A stretch of 61,530 bases of DNA, taken from NCBI GenBank assembly GCA_949289785.1, contig CASEOW010000043.1, positions 1 to 61,530 of the forward strand. Reading direction: 5' to 3'. How positions within the stretch are numbered: the stretch's first letter is position 1; each line of letters opens with the position of its first letter. Under the pieces are notes generated by a model. The model did not search any database. It saw nothing but the letters and a program-made list of their open reading frames with translations, and was not told where the DNA came from. This DNA is from an uncultured Bacillota bacterium. GTDB taxonomy: Bacteria > Bacillota > Clostridia > Christensenellales > UBA1242. Made by a program: the position numbers and the translations under genes. This document shows positions 49,820-60,441 of the stretch, piece by piece.

Positions 49820-50370
49820 TTTAAAAATCCTTTGTTAATACTTTTTTTACTTAACTTATTATACACAAAACAAGCTGTAAAAGCAAGTAAAAATCCTTCG
49901 ATTATTCCAGCTAAAGTATCTGTTAAAAAATGAACTCCTAGAACCATTCTAGACATTGCTATTAAACCAACAAATATAAATAAGCATATTCCGCAAATAG
50001 ATTTCGTATAATTAGATTTTTTACTTTTTAGATTAAGATAAAATAAAAAAGTTGCATAAAGTGAAGCACTCATACTATGCCCTGAAGGCATACTAAATCC
50101 ATCTTCATTTCCATAATTTATAATATCTTTATAAATTTCAAATGGTCTTTCTCTTGCTATAATACTTTTAAGAATTGTATTTAAAATGCTTGCGATAGCA
50201 AATGTAATTAAGAATATATAAGAAAGTTTTTTATTATTAAAGAATAGTATAATAAATGTTATTATACCTCCAACTAGTCCTCCAAATAAAGTAATAAAAT
50301 TAAAAAAAGTTACAAAACCAACACTTGTGTTTAACTGAAAAAATCGAATAATATTTGCTTCAAATTCCAT
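49816..50370 (-). CDS. PAP2 family phosphatase
   Basis: K....RERP, SMPSGHS, SRMVLGVHF.TD; start set at the ATG of MEFEAN. Confidence 0.9.
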   Translation of the reverse strand: MEFEANIIRFFQLNTSVGFVTFFNFITLFGGLVGGIITFIILFFNNKKLSYIFLITFAIASILNTILKSIIARERPFEIYKDIINYGNEDGFSMPSGHSMSASLYATFLFYLNLKSKKSNYTKSICGICLFIFVGLIAMSRMVLGVHFLTDTLAGIIEGFLLAFTACFVYNKLSKKSINKGFLK

Positions 50371-50480
50371 ACCATTATATTGTAACAAATTTTAATAAAA
50401 AAAACAATAATTTTAAATTTTATATATATTTTTACTAAAAATTTAAAATTATTGTCGAATTAATTATATTATTTAAATAT

Positions 50481-51065
50481 TTAAGCTCTTTTTTTGCTGA
50501 TAGAAAAACCGTCATCTATATCATAAAATTCTGTTATTAATTCATTATCATTTTTTAAAGCATTAATAAATTTTTTCATATTATTTACCATAGACCTATG
50601 CTTATGAGGTATTTTTTCTAAATTTATCAAGCCTAACAAATTTAAGTTATCAGAAAATAAAATTGCATTATTATTCATTAATTGTTTAATGATTGAAAAA
50701 TATTTAAAATACTGCCCTTTAGGACCATCTAAAAAAATTAAATCAAATTTATTATTATCATCTTTTAATTTATTTAAAGCTAAAAAAGCGTCATCATTGA
50801 TTATAGTAACTTGTGCAAGAACTCCCATTTTTTGAAAATTATCTTTCGCGAGCATAACTCTATTTTCATCTTTTTCTATTGTAACTAATCTAGCCCCTTC
50901 TTTAGCACTTTTAAGCATTTCTATTCCTGAATATCCTGTAGCAGTCCCAATTTCTAGAATAGTTTCAATTGAATTTTCTTTGCAAACTTTCTTTAAAAAT
51001 TCCAGTGTTTTTGAACGAACTATTGGTATATGATTTTCAATTGCCTGTTTAATTATGTCTTCCAT
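50481..51065 (-). CDS. O-methyltransferase (YrrM/TrmR-like)
   Basis: IPI, ILEIGTATGYS, FDLIFLDGPKGQY, DN. Confidence 0.9.
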   Translation of the reverse strand: MEDIIKQAIENHIPIVRSKTLEFLKKVCKENSIETILEIGTATGYSGIEMLKSAKEGARLVTIEKDENRVMLAKDNFQKMGVLAQVTIINDDAFLALNKLKDDNNKFDLIFLDGPKGQYFKYFSIIKQLMNNNAILFSDNLNLLGLINLEKIPHKHRSMVNNMKKFINALKNDNELITEFYDIDDGFSISKKRA

Positions 51066-51160
51066 ATTTTTCTCTCTTTTCGAATTAAAAATTTTTATTA
51101 ATGTAATAATTTTATAAAATAAAAATGAAATTTATAAATATTATAAACTTCATTTTCATT

Positions 51161-52957
51161 TTAGTCTAATGTTACTATTGTTAAAATCATTGGTCTTCTT
51201 TTTGTTCTTCTAAAAATAAAGTTTGAAATATTTCTTTTTAGAGATAATCTCACAACTGAAGGATCTACACCCCTAAGGTCAGATTCTTTCAAAGATGAAA
51301 TTATGCAAGCTTTAGCATCTTGAACAAAACTTTCTTGTTCGTCAGCATAAACAACACCTCTTGTTATGATGAAAGGCTCTCCGCTAACTTCACCAGCAAC
51401 ATTATCAATATTTACACAAACAACACAAATTCCATCTTCAGCAAGTTGTTTTCTTTCTCTGAGAACATTACTATCCATATCTCCGATTCCAAATCCATCA
51501 ACGAGTCTTTGTCCAGCTTTAACTAATTTTCCTTCTTTGATAGAATTTGTTCCCATCTCTACTTGCATTCCTATAGTAGCTAGTAATATATTTCTTTCTT
51601 CCATTCCCAAACGCATAGCAAGTTCTTTATGAGTTTTTAAATGTCTATATTCTCCATGGATTGGAATAAAGAATTTTGGTTTTACAAGACTATGCATAAG
51701 TTTTAATTCTTCTTGACATGCATGCCCAGAAGTATGAACATCTGCAAGTTCATCATAAATAACATCTGCACCAAGTTTATAAAGTGCATTAATAACATTA
51801 TAAACATTTTTTTCATTTCCAGGAATAGGAGAAGCTGATAAAATAACTAAATCATTTTCTCTGATTTTTAAACTCTTAAATTCACCCATAGCCATTCTAG
51901 TCAAAGCACTCATTGGTTCACCTTGACTGCCTGTTGTCATTATAAGAACTTCATTATCAGCATATTTATCTACTTTTTCAATATCTATAATATTTTCTCT
52001 ATTAAATGAAAGTTCGCCTAATTTCATAGCTACTTCACTAACATTAACCATACTTCTTCCAGTAAAAGCAATTTTTCTTTTATACTTTTCTGCAATATCC
52101 ATTATTTGTTGCATTCTATGAATATTTGAAGCAAAAGTAGCTACTATTATTCTATTTTCACTATGATTTTTTATTATTTCATCAAGAGCACGCCCAACTG
52201 ACTTTTCACTCATTGAATAGCCCTGTCTACAAACATTAGTACTTTCGCAAAGTAAAAGATTAACCCCTTTTCTTCCTATTTCTCCTAATCTAGGAAGGTC
52301 AGTCATTTCACCATCAATAGGTTCATAGTCAATCTTAAAATCTCCTGTATGAACTACAGTTCCAACAGGAGTAGTTATACTTAATGCTAAAGCTCCTGCA
52401 ATAGAATGACTTACTTTTATAAATTCAATAGAGAATGAACCAATTTTTAAAACATTTCTTGGTTTTACTGCTATTGCTCTATATTTGATGTTCTGATGTT
52501 CTTTCATCTTATTTTCAACTAAAGCTAATGTCAATCTACTTCCATAAATTGGAACATTAATTTGTTGTAAAAAGAATGGAACAGCACCAATATGGTCTTC
52601 ATGTCCATGAGTTAAAATTAAAGCCTTAATTTTAGCTTTATTTTCAATTAAATAACTTATATCTGGTATGACAATATCAACTCCTGGCAAGTCATCATCA
52701 GGGAAAGTTAAACCAGCATCGACTACAATAATTTCATTGTTATACTCAAATGCAGTCATATTTTTACCTATTTCACCTACCCCACCAAGAAAAGTAATTT
52801 TTAACTTTGAAGAATATTTTTTTTCTTTTATTTCCTGCATTTGAACATTTTCATTTTCTTCATTTTGTGTTTGCTTATTATCTATTTTTTTTGTTTGTCT
52901 TTTTTGTAAAGGACGAGTATGATTCTTCTTTACAATTTCATTTGATTGTTCTACCAT
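51161..52957 (-). CDS. rnj: Ribonuclease J
   Basis: LGGVGEIGKN, THGHEDHIG, TGDFK, TGSQGEP, HTSGH, PIHGEYRH. Confidence 0.97.
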   Translation of the reverse strand: MVEQSNEIVKKNHTRPLQKRQTKKIDNKQTQNEENENVQMQEIKEKKYSSKLKITFLGGVGEIGKNMTAFEYNNEIIVVDAGLTFPDDDLPGVDIVIPDISYLIENKAKIKALILTHGHEDHIGAVPFFLQQINVPIYGSRLTLALVENKMKEHQNIKYRAIAVKPRNVLKIGSFSIEFIKVSHSIAGALALSITTPVGTVVHTGDFKIDYEPIDGEMTDLPRLGEIGRKGVNLLLCESTNVCRQGYSMSEKSVGRALDEIIKNHSENRIIVATFASNIHRMQQIMDIAEKYKRKIAFTGRSMVNVSEVAMKLGELSFNRENIIDIEKVDKYADNEVLIMTTGSQGEPMSALTRMAMGEFKSLKIRENDLVILSASPIPGNEKNVYNVINALYKLGADVIYDELADVHTSGHACQEELKLMHSLVKPKFFIPIHGEYRHLKTHKELAMRLGMEERNILLATIGMQVEMGTNSIKEGKLVKAGQRLVDGFGIGDMDSNVLRERKQLAEDGICVVCVNIDNVAGEVSGEPFIITRGVVYADEQESFVQDAKACIISSLKESDLRGVDPSVVRLSLKRNISNFIFRRTKRRPMILTIVTLD

Positions 52958-53198
52958 TATAAATATTGCCTCCTTAAATGTAGAATTATTTTTATTTTCT
53001 TTTAAAAATTATTTATTTAAAATTACATAAAAACCTTTACATATCTTCAATAATTTTAGAATATTATTTTTATACAAATATAATTCTAAATAAATAATCA
53101 AAATAACTAAATTATTAAAATAATTAGTTATCATAATATTCATTTTCACAAAAAACAAAGCAATAAATTTTTGCTTTATTTCTTTTGTAAATATTATA

Positions 53199-54125
53199 TT
53201 AAATTATATATTTTGCATCTTCTATTTTATCATTTTCTTCAAGTTTTTTTGGAGATAAAATTGTGTCATTATCTACATAAAATCTCATGCCCTGACTTGA
53301 GAAAAACATTACCATTTCAAATATATGAACTAATGGAGAAATAATAGGAAGAATAATAATTATAGAATATACGCCAAGAACTAAAGATAATACTATAGAA
53401 AGAAGAAAAATAATAAATGAAGTAGAGAATACTCTTGCACCTCGTCTTAAAACAGCTCTCATTCCTATATGATAAGATTTTGAAATATTTTGATTATAAA
53501 CGACTTTTGCTGGTGCCCAACCTGCAACAAAAGTTTCCTTAAATGCCATCAATAATGATGGTAGTAAAACAAAAGCAAAAGGCATAATGTAATCAAAAGT
53601 TCCGTTATCAATTCTAGTTAATGCAAACATGCTAAGCAAAATCAAAAAGTTAAAAGGAATAGCATATAACACTTTTAGTGAAGCATATGATAATGAAACT
53701 CTCAAAGTCTTTAAAAATGTTCCTGTAAAACTTTGTTTTTGACATGATGACATATATCCATAAAGCATTTCACAAACTACTACTTTTCCAATATTTAAAA
53801 GTAATGGTAAAATATAGAAAGTCAAAATACAAAAATAAATACCAACTCCTATACTTTGAGTAAAGAGTTCGTTGAAGAATATAAGAACAAAATCAACACA
53901 ACTTGTCAAAGCCTCTGCAATTTTAACCCCTAATATCATTCCGGTATCAGTAACAGCAAGAAGATTTGACTTTTCAAGTGCTAAACTTGCAATATCAAAA
54001 AATGTATTATAAAAAATACATAAAAATCCAAAATAAATTGCCAAGCATAAAATTTGGTAAACTAAAAGTTTCCAAACTTTGTCAAAATTTGCACATAATA
54101 ATTTTAGTGAATTTCTAAACATCAT
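53199..54125 (-). CDS. Hypothetical polytopic membrane protein
   Basis: Five or six hydrophobic segments; own TTGCAA-17-TATAAT promoter. Confidence 0.8.
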   Translation of the reverse strand: MMFRNSLKLLCANFDKVWKLLVYQILCLAIYFGFLCIFYNTFFDIASLALEKSNLLAVTDTGMILGVKIAEALTSCVDFVLIFFNELFTQSIGVGIYFCILTFYILPLLLNIGKVVVCEMLYGYMSSCQKQSFTGTFLKTLRVSLSYASLKVLYAIPFNFLILLSMFALTRIDNGTFDYIMPFAFVLLPSLLMAFKETFVAGWAPAKVVYNQNISKSYHIGMRAVLRRGARVFSTSFIIFLLSIVLSLVLGVYSIIIILPIISPLVHIFEMVMFFSSQGMRFYVDNDTILSPKKLEENDKIEDAKYII

Positions 54126-54276
54126 ATATATTTAATTCCAAACTTATATTCTTACTATATTATACATTATATTTTCATATTTTGCAAGAAAATAAAAAGA
54201 TAATTTTATAAACAAATGTTTTTTTTGTTGAAATTTTGATTATTTTGAATGTTTTTTTTATTTTTATATTTTTTAT

Positions 54277-54307
54277 AAAAAATCCTTTTATTAATTAAAA
54301 GGATTTT
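54277..54307 (-). terminator. greA terminator
   Basis: aaaatcctttta/taaaaggatttt. Confidence 0.75.
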
Positions 54308-54318
54308 AATTTTTTTTA

Positions 54319-54783
54319 TTATTTAATTTCAAGAATTTTGTAAGTAATAACATCACCATTTAGTTTTACTTTTATTTCATCATCTTTTTTATGTCCAAGT
54401 AATGCTGAACCAACAGGCGACATATTGCTTATAATACCTTTAGCTGGATCACTTTCTGTTGAACCTAAAATTTTATATTCTAATTCTTCATCATATTCTT
54501 CGTCATAAAGTCTAACTGTAGAACCAATCTCTACAATTTCCTTTGAAGACTTAGTATCATCTACAACATGGCAAGACAAAAGGATATCTTCCATTTCACA
54601 AATTTCCGCTTCGACTTGAGCTTGCTCCTCTTTTGCAGCATCATATTCAGAATTTTCAGATAAATCACCAAATTCTCTAGCTGTTCCTATTTTTTTACTT
54701 ACTTCTACTCTTCTAACTGTTTTATAGTAATTTAACTTTTCTTCAAGTTGTCTTTTACCTTCTGGTGTTAAAATGTGTGTCAT
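54319..54783 (-). CDS. greA: Transcription elongation factor GreA
   Basis: AREFGDLSENSEYDAAKEEQ, ISNMSPVGSALLG. Confidence 0.98.
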   Translation of the reverse strand: MTHILTPEGKRQLEEKLNYYKTVRRVEVSKKIGTAREFGDLSENSEYDAAKEEQAQVEAEICEMEDILLSCHVVDDTKSSKEIVEIGSTVRLYDEEYDEELEYKILGSTESDPAKGIISNMSPVGSALLGHKKDDEIKVKLNGDVITYKILEIK

Positions 54784-54830
54784 AAAAATCTCCTTTTATC
54801 TAGTTTTTTATTTTGAGTTATCAGTTTAAT

Positions 54831-54859
54831 ATTATACTCATTTTTTACATTTAAGTCAA
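54831..54859 (-). promoter_or_regulatory. sigmaA promoter of greA
   Basis: TTGACT-17-TATAAT. Confidence 0.8.
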
Positions 54860-54926
54860 TAATTTTGTTAAAGTTTAGTATTTTTTTAATTATCTTGCAA
54901 ATGCTATTACTGGAGGATAATTACTT

Positions 54927-55415
54927 ATGTTTACAATTATTTCCTTTATATTATCATTATTAGGTTGTATAAATTGGCTTAGTATTGGTTTGCTTCAGTA
55001 TGATTTTGTAGCTGGAATTTTTGGATATCAAGCAAGTGCGTTTTCTAGAATTATATATATAATAGTTGGCATATCAAGCTTATTCTTAACTTTTAAATTA
55101 ATTAAAGGCAAAGGTGTTTTAAATATTTTTAGCAAAAGGAACAAAAAGAATTTAAAAGAAAATCTTGACAAAATAGGTCAAAGTGACGATTTAGCAAAGC
55201 AAAAAGCTTATTCTAGCAATTATAATGTCGAAGCAGATAAAGATTTTCTGTCAAATCATAACGTACATTCAAACAATAACAAATTTAGAAATAATGATAG
55301 ATTTAACGATTTCGACGAATATGACAAATATGATGGTTATTCAAATACTAGTCATAATTATAATAAAAGAAATGATGGCTTATTTAATGAAGAATTTGAT
55401 GATTATGATAAATAA
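54927..55415 (+). CDS. DUF378 (YuzA-like) membrane protein with N/D-rich tail
   Basis: GCINWL.IGL.QYD.VA.IFG, SRIIYI.VG. Confidence 0.88.
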   Translation: MFTIISFILSLLGCINWLSIGLLQYDFVAGIFGYQASAFSRIIYIIVGISSLFLTFKLIKGKGVLNIFSKRNKKNLKENLDKIGQSDDLAKQKAYSSNYNVEADKDFLSNHNVHSNNNKFRNNDRFNDFDEYDKYDGYSNTSHNYNKRNDGLFNEEFDDYDK

Positions 55416-55469
55416 ATTTAAATAACTAATCTTTTGCTATTTAATGATTATATTCATTAGGAGATAAAA

Positions 55470-55553
55470 ATGTTAAAAAATCTTTCAGTTTTCATGCTTT
55501 CTATAATATTCTTAGGTTGTTTATTTTCAATATTGTTTTTCAACCTTTTTTAA
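55470..55553 (+). CDS. Putative 27-aa single-TM microprotein (not in ORF track)
   Basis: AGGAG RBS; MLKNLSVFMLSIIFLGCLFSILFFNLF. Confidence 0.5.
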   Translation: MLKNLSVFMLSIIFLGCLFSILFFNLF

Positions 55554-55566
55554 AATAGTTAATTTT

Positions 55567-56022
55567 TTATTTATGATATTTACTGCCACTGGTTATCATA
55601 AAACTTCGATATAATTGCTCTAATAATATAACTCTTGCAAGATTATGTGGATATGTTACTTTTCCAAAAGATAATAACATATCTGCTTTATTTTTTACTT
55701 GTGAATTAACTCCGTAAGAACCACCTATTATAAAAGTTAATTCACTATTATTTAGTGACAATTTTTCTATTGTTTGAGCAAATTCTTCACTGGAAAGCAT
55801 TTTGCCAGATCTGTCTAATAAAATGCTATAGCTATTAACATTTTCTAGAACATTGTTACTTTCTAAATTTATTCCTTTTTGAATATCATCTAATTCTTTT
55901 TGTTGACACTCTACAATTTTTAATTTACAAAATTTCGATAGCCTTTTTACATATTCTTCACAAGCATCACGCCAAAATTTTTCTTTTAGCGAACCTACAC
56001 ATACTAATTTTATTGAAATCAT
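55567..56022 (-). CDS. rlmH: 23S rRNA pseudouridine-1915 methyltransferase
   Basis: VG.LKE, EY.KRL, FIIGGSYG, T.PH.LAR..LLEQLYR, YHK. Confidence 0.97.
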   Translation of the reverse strand: MISIKLVCVGSLKEKFWRDACEEYVKRLSKFCKLKIVECQQKELDDIQKGINLESNNVLENVNSYSILLDRSGKMLSSEEFAQTIEKLSLNNSELTFIIGGSYGVNSQVKNKADMLLSFGKVTYPHNLARVILLEQLYRSFMITSGSKYHK

Positions 56023-57170
56023 ATTAAAAGCCCCGCCACAAAAGTATATAAAGTTAATGCAATAGTTAAAACAAAAGTAAATATTAAAATAATTTTAATA
56101 TAAGTGTTTATTTTTAATGGTGATTCTTCTTGCATTATTTCATTATCTATTTTACCACTGTTACCTATATTAAGACTTGTTTGTTGATACATTTTATCAA
56201 ATTCATTAAATTCCATCATTTGAGGTATTTTATTTGTAAAATCTCCATTTTTTAATCTATTTATTTCTTGAAGATATGTGTCTCTGATAATTTGATTAAA
56301 CACTGCTTGTTGAAGTTGAGTTATATTTTTCAATGCTGTTTCTTTAAATAGTTTCTTTAATAAAGATAAAAGTGCCATTACCAAAAGAACAATTAAGGCA
56401 AATACAAATAAAAATCCTATTACTGGGTTATGCATTAAATTATAATCTATCCAGCCAAATATATTTCCAAAACCTAAACCGTGAAAATTTGAATAGGACA
56501 TAAATACATTTAAAGCGTTGTTCATAAAATGAATGATTATTGCTGGAATTATATTTTCACTAAGTAATGTTATATAACCAAGTAAAAATCCTATTAATGT
56601 TGCATAAAAAAATTGTTCTATGTTTAAATGTAACAACCCAAATAATAATCCACTTAGAATTATTGCTTTTTTTGCACCTAATGAAGCAAAACTTTTTAAA
56701 AGCATCCCCCTATGAACAGTTTCTTCACAAATCCCCGGCAAAACAGCTGTCATTATTAAGTTTAAAATTAATAACCAAAATGGATAACTAGTCATAGAAG
56801 AAGATGATGAGAATGTATAACCTAAACTTTGTAAAATCAAATTAAAAAAAGAAGCCACAAATATGTTTAAAACATACACTATAATTCCAATTAAAAAAGA
56901 ATATAAAATTGCTTTTTTAGATATTTTCTTATAACCATAAAATATTAAGGTATCTTTTGTTTTTGTTTTTTGTAGCACAGAAAATACAAATACAGATATT
57001 GAAAATAAAAAACCAATTTGAATAAATCCATTTAAAAAATATTTTCCCCATGAACCTAAAAAATCAAAAAGACCAAAAGAAGATAAAATTCTAAAAATCG
57101 AAAAAAGAATTACTATTAAAAAGTAACAAATAGTAGAATTTTTAATTGTTCTAGACTTTGTATTATTCAT
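56019..57170 (-). CDS. CPBP/CAAX (Abi family) intramembrane metalloprotease
   Basis: ICEETVHRG, FGLLH, IIHFMNN. Confidence 0.92.
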   Translation of the reverse strand: MNNTKSRTIKNSTICYFLIVILFSIFRILSSFGLFDFLGSWGKYFLNGFIQIGFLFSISVFVFSVLQKTKTKDTLIFYGYKKISKKAILYSFLIGIIVYVLNIFVASFFNLILQSLGYTFSSSSSMTSYPFWLLILNLIMTAVLPGICEETVHRGMLLKSFASLGAKKAIILSGLLFGLLHLNIEQFFYATLIGFLLGYITLLSENIIPAIIIHFMNNALNVFMSYSNFHGLGFGNIFGWIDYNLMHNPVIGFLFVFALIVLLVMALLSLLKKLFKETALKNITQLQQAVFNQIIRDTYLQEINRLKNGDFTNKIPQMMEFNEFDKMYQQTSLNIGNSGKIDNEIMQEESPLKINTYIKIILIFTFVLTIALTLYTFVAGLLI

Positions 57171-57287
57171 TAATATATTCCCTTATTAAAATTATTGATA
57201 AAAAATATCAACTCAACAATATAATTTATATTGTAAAGCATTAATTTATATCACAAAAAAGTCAAAATTGCAATATTTTTATTCTAT

Positions 57288-58247
57288 TTATTGAAAACTA
57301 AGTATTGTATTTAATAAAAATAAAAAACTTGCAACTGCTATAGAAACATAAAATATAACAGGAATCTTTTCTTTTTGCGTTTCAACAGTATCTTTAGATT
57401 TATGTTTAAAATAAAATCTATCAATTAAAAAGATAACTAAAATGGTTAATATTAATAATAGTATAGATATTACATAAAACCACCATTTAAAAGAAGTTGG
57501 AATCATTGTCCACCCTGTCATATTTGTTATAAATTGCATCAATACAACTAAAAAGTTATTAGTAAAATGAATTATAACTGAAGATACTAATGAACCACTT
57601 CTCACAACTGCCCAAGCCATAATTGAGCCAAGAATAAAAGGATAAATTAATTGTTGAAGATTTTGATGCATTAAAGCAAACATTAATGCTGACAAAAAGA
57701 TAGAAGCAATATCTCCAAATCTTTGTCTTAAACCATTTAATATTATTCCTCTAAAAATTAACTCTTCACCTATAGCTGGTAATATAGCTAAAACAAATAC
57801 TGATAGAAAAAATGTGCCCCAATTTGTAGGATTGATTGATGAACCTTGTAAATTAAAGCCAATTTTTTCTAGTAATAAATCTATGACAGAGATAAAATAT
57901 TGAACTCCAAAAAGAGCTACAACACCTATTATTATCATTAATAAGTAAGTATGCCAACTTAACTTAAAATTTATTTTTATTTCCTTATAATCTATTTTTT
58001 GAATTTTATTGTAAATTATATAAATTAAAAAATAAGATAAACAAGTAAATACACTATATAAAGACAAAAACCAAATATTAGTTGTGATAACACTTGGTGA
58101 AATATTTTTTACACCAGCAATAACATTTGCAATCATTGAAAAAAGTAATGAAATTAAAAAAGGAACAATTAATGCAAATAAAAAGATATTGCCACTATCT
58201 TTTAAATCATAATTTTTTTTATATATAATTTGTTGATTATTTTCCAT
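57288..58247 (-). CDS. CPBP/CAAX (Abi family) intramembrane metalloprotease
   Basis: GEELIFRG, FALMH, IIHFTNN; start set at MENN, 6 nt after TATAAT. Confidence 0.92.
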   Translation of the reverse strand: MENNQQIIYKKNYDLKDSGNIFLFALIVPFLISLLFSMIANVIAGVKNISPSVITTNIWFLSLYSVFTCLSYFLIYIIYNKIQKIDYKEIKINFKLSWHTYLLMIIIGVVALFGVQYFISVIDLLLEKIGFNLQGSSINPTNWGTFFLSVFVLAILPAIGEELIFRGIILNGLRQRFGDIASIFLSALMFALMHQNLQQLIYPFILGSIMAWAVVRSGSLVSSVIIHFTNNFLVVLMQFITNMTGWTMIPTSFKWWFYVISILLLILTILVIFLIDRFYFKHKSKDTVETQKEKIPVIFYVSIAVASFLFLLNTILSFQ

Positions 58248-58377
58248 TTTTTCATTATACAACATTAATATTTAAAATACAAACATAAAACTTAAATATT
58301 ATTATTTTAATTTTTAAATTTTGTTAAAGTTAAATATTACACTTTACAAATTATAAAAAAAATATTATTATAATCTT

Positions 58378-58833
58378 ATGAATAAATATATGAAAGAAGC
58401 TTTCAATCAAGCTAAAAAAGCATACCTAAATGACGAAGTTCCCATTGGAGCTATCATAGTTAAGGATGATAAAATTATCTCTAAAGGATATAATAAAAGA
58501 GAAAAAACTCAGAATGCTATCTTGCACGCAGAAATAGATGCGATTATTAAAGCTTGCAACAAATTAAAATCTTGGCGCCTTGATAATTGCAAAATATATG
58601 TTACAGTCGAACCATGCCCTATGTGTGCTGGCGCGATTGCTAATGCAAGAATAGAAGAAGTTTATTTCTCTTGTCATGAAACTACTTCAAATGATAACTT
58701 ATGTGAAAAAATTTTATCAAGCATCAGATTAAATCATAAAGTAAAATTAATAAAAATTGATGATTATGAAAATGACATAAAAGTTCTTTTACAAAATTTT
58801 TTTAAAGAAAAAAGAAATACAAAAACAAATTAA
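58378..58833 (+). CDS. tadA: tRNA adenosine deaminase
   Basis: EVPIGA, HAE, WRL, EPCPMCAGA. Confidence 0.93.
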   Translation: MNKYMKEAFNQAKKAYLNDEVPIGAIIVKDDKIISKGYNKREKTQNAILHAEIDAIIKACNKLKSWRLDNCKIYVTVEPCPMCAGAIANARIEEVYFSCHETTSNDNLCEKILSSIRLNHKVKLIKIDDYENDIKVLLQNFFKEKRNTKTN

Positions 58834-58839
58834 AACAAT

Positions 58840-59502
58840 TTATAAACGATAATTTATTATTTTATCCTTAACTTCTTTAGACACTCTAAAAGATTGCCTT
58901 GATTTTAATATTGTTTGATTTCTTATAAATTTATCTTTTATTTTAGATAAAAAGTTAATCATTTTATTACTATCTAATGTAAAACATTCAGCATAAGTCC
59001 ATGCAATTGCCATTTTAACATAGTAATTTTCATCTTTAATATTAATTAATAAATTTAACGCATAATCTAATTTATATTTTATAATATTTCTCATAATCCA
59101 AACAATTCCCACCCTTTTTGTAAAAGGATTAGATGAATTTAAAAGAGAAATAAAAAAATCTTCATAATCTTGTGTGCCTTTAAGTCTTGAAACAAACATA
59201 TCACAAGTCGCCCAATTATCCACATATTTTAAAAATTTTTTAATTAATTCTATTTTAGTTTCTTTATTTTCTTCTACAAAAGCTATATAAAATCCAATAA
59301 TCAAAGTTTGTTCAAAAAATTCTACTTTCATATCGAAAATATTAACTTTTTCTTTAGCTAATATTTTAGAAAAATTTTCAATATCTTTTGTTTTCAACCC
59401 TTTTATTTTATATTTTGTAAATATAAGCTTTTTATCAAATTCAGCTTTTCTTTTATCAGAACATTTATCTAGAAAATCATAAATTCTTTCATTTAATTGC
59501 AT
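58840..59502 (-). CDS. AlkD-like DNA alkylation repair protein
   Basis: VDNWATCD, F.KR.G, YYVKMAIAW. Confidence 0.88.
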   Translation of the reverse strand: MQLNERIYDFLDKCSDKRKAEFDKKLIFTKYKIKGLKTKDIENFSKILAKEKVNIFDMKVEFFEQTLIIGFYIAFVEENKETKIELIKKFLKYVDNWATCDMFVSRLKGTQDYEDFFISLLNSSNPFTKRVGIVWIMRNIIKYKLDYALNLLINIKDENYYVKMAIAWTYAECFTLDSNKMINFLSKIKDKFIRNQTILKSRQSFRVSKEVKDKIINYRL

Positions 59503-59649
59503 AATTAATTCCTTTAAATCAATTATAAATAAATATTAATATTTTACAAATTTTTTATTAAAATTTAATAAAAAACTAACATTTAAAATTTATTTTGAAT
59601 TATTAAATATTTTTTATATAATATATAATTATAATTTTAAGGAGATTGC

Positions 59650-60441
59650 ATGAAAAAAGTTGTAATAATTACCGGTGCTAATAGTGGTATAGGACTAGCT
59701 ACTGCAAATATTCTTGCTGATAAAGGATATAAAGTTTATGGAATATCTAGAAACTACTATAATAATGAAAAATTCGAAAATTATCAATGCGATATAAACA
59801 ATTATGAAGAAGTCAATCAAATTTTTCAAAATATTTATGATAAAGAAGGAAAAATTGATGTATTAATAAATAATGCAGGTATAGGAATTGCAGGAGCAAT
59901 AGAACATACAAATCCTAATAATATACAAGAAATAATTAATACAAATTTAACTTCATTAATAATATCATCGTCTAAAATAATACCTTTTTTGAGACAAAAT
60001 AATGAAGGAAAAATAATTAATATTTCTTCTGTTGGCGGAATAATTGCTTTACCCTTCCAGGCTTGCTATAGCGCTACTAAAGCAGGAGTTGAAACTTTCT
60101 CAAAAGCTTTAGCTATAGAAACAAAACCATATAACATTAAAGTTACAGCTATTTTACCTGGAGATACAAAAACTAATTTTACAGAAACAAGAAAAGTAGA
60201 TATAAATAATAACGACCAAGATTTAACTAAAAGAATGGAAAAATCAATTAAAAAAATGTCTAAAGACGAACAAAATGGAATGTCTCCCGATAAAGTTGCA
60301 AAAGTAATTTACAAAGTAATAAAAAGAAAAAATCCACCTCTTAGAATATCAGTTGGTATTGTTTCAAAATTAGAAGTTTTTTTAACTAGATTACTTCCAA
60401 CCAAATTAATAAATTACATAATTGAAAAAATGTATGGATAA
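59650..60441 (+). CDS. Short-chain dehydrogenase/reductase
   Basis: TGANSGIG, NNAG, NISS, YSATK, PGDTKT. Confidence 0.95.
   Translation: MKKVVIITGANSGIGLATANILADKGYKVYGISRNYYNNEKFENYQCDINNYEEVNQIFQNIYDKEGKIDVLINNAGIGIAGAIEHTNPNNIQEIINTNLTSLIISSSKIIPFLRQNNEGKIINISSVGGIIALPFQACYSATKAGVETFSKALAIETKPYNIKVTAILPGDTKTNFTETRKVDINNNDQDLTKRMEKSIKKMSKDEQNGMSPDKVAKVIYKVIKRKNPPLRISVGIVSKLEVFLTRLLPTKLINYIIEKMYG

Noticed and set aside
331-56791. Short antisense or alternate-frame ORFs (e.g. 331, 2000, 2855, 11009, 16475, 17474, 21383, 31996, 37690, 51366, 55225, 56567)
   Set aside because: They are shadows of well-supported genes, with no RBS or motifs.
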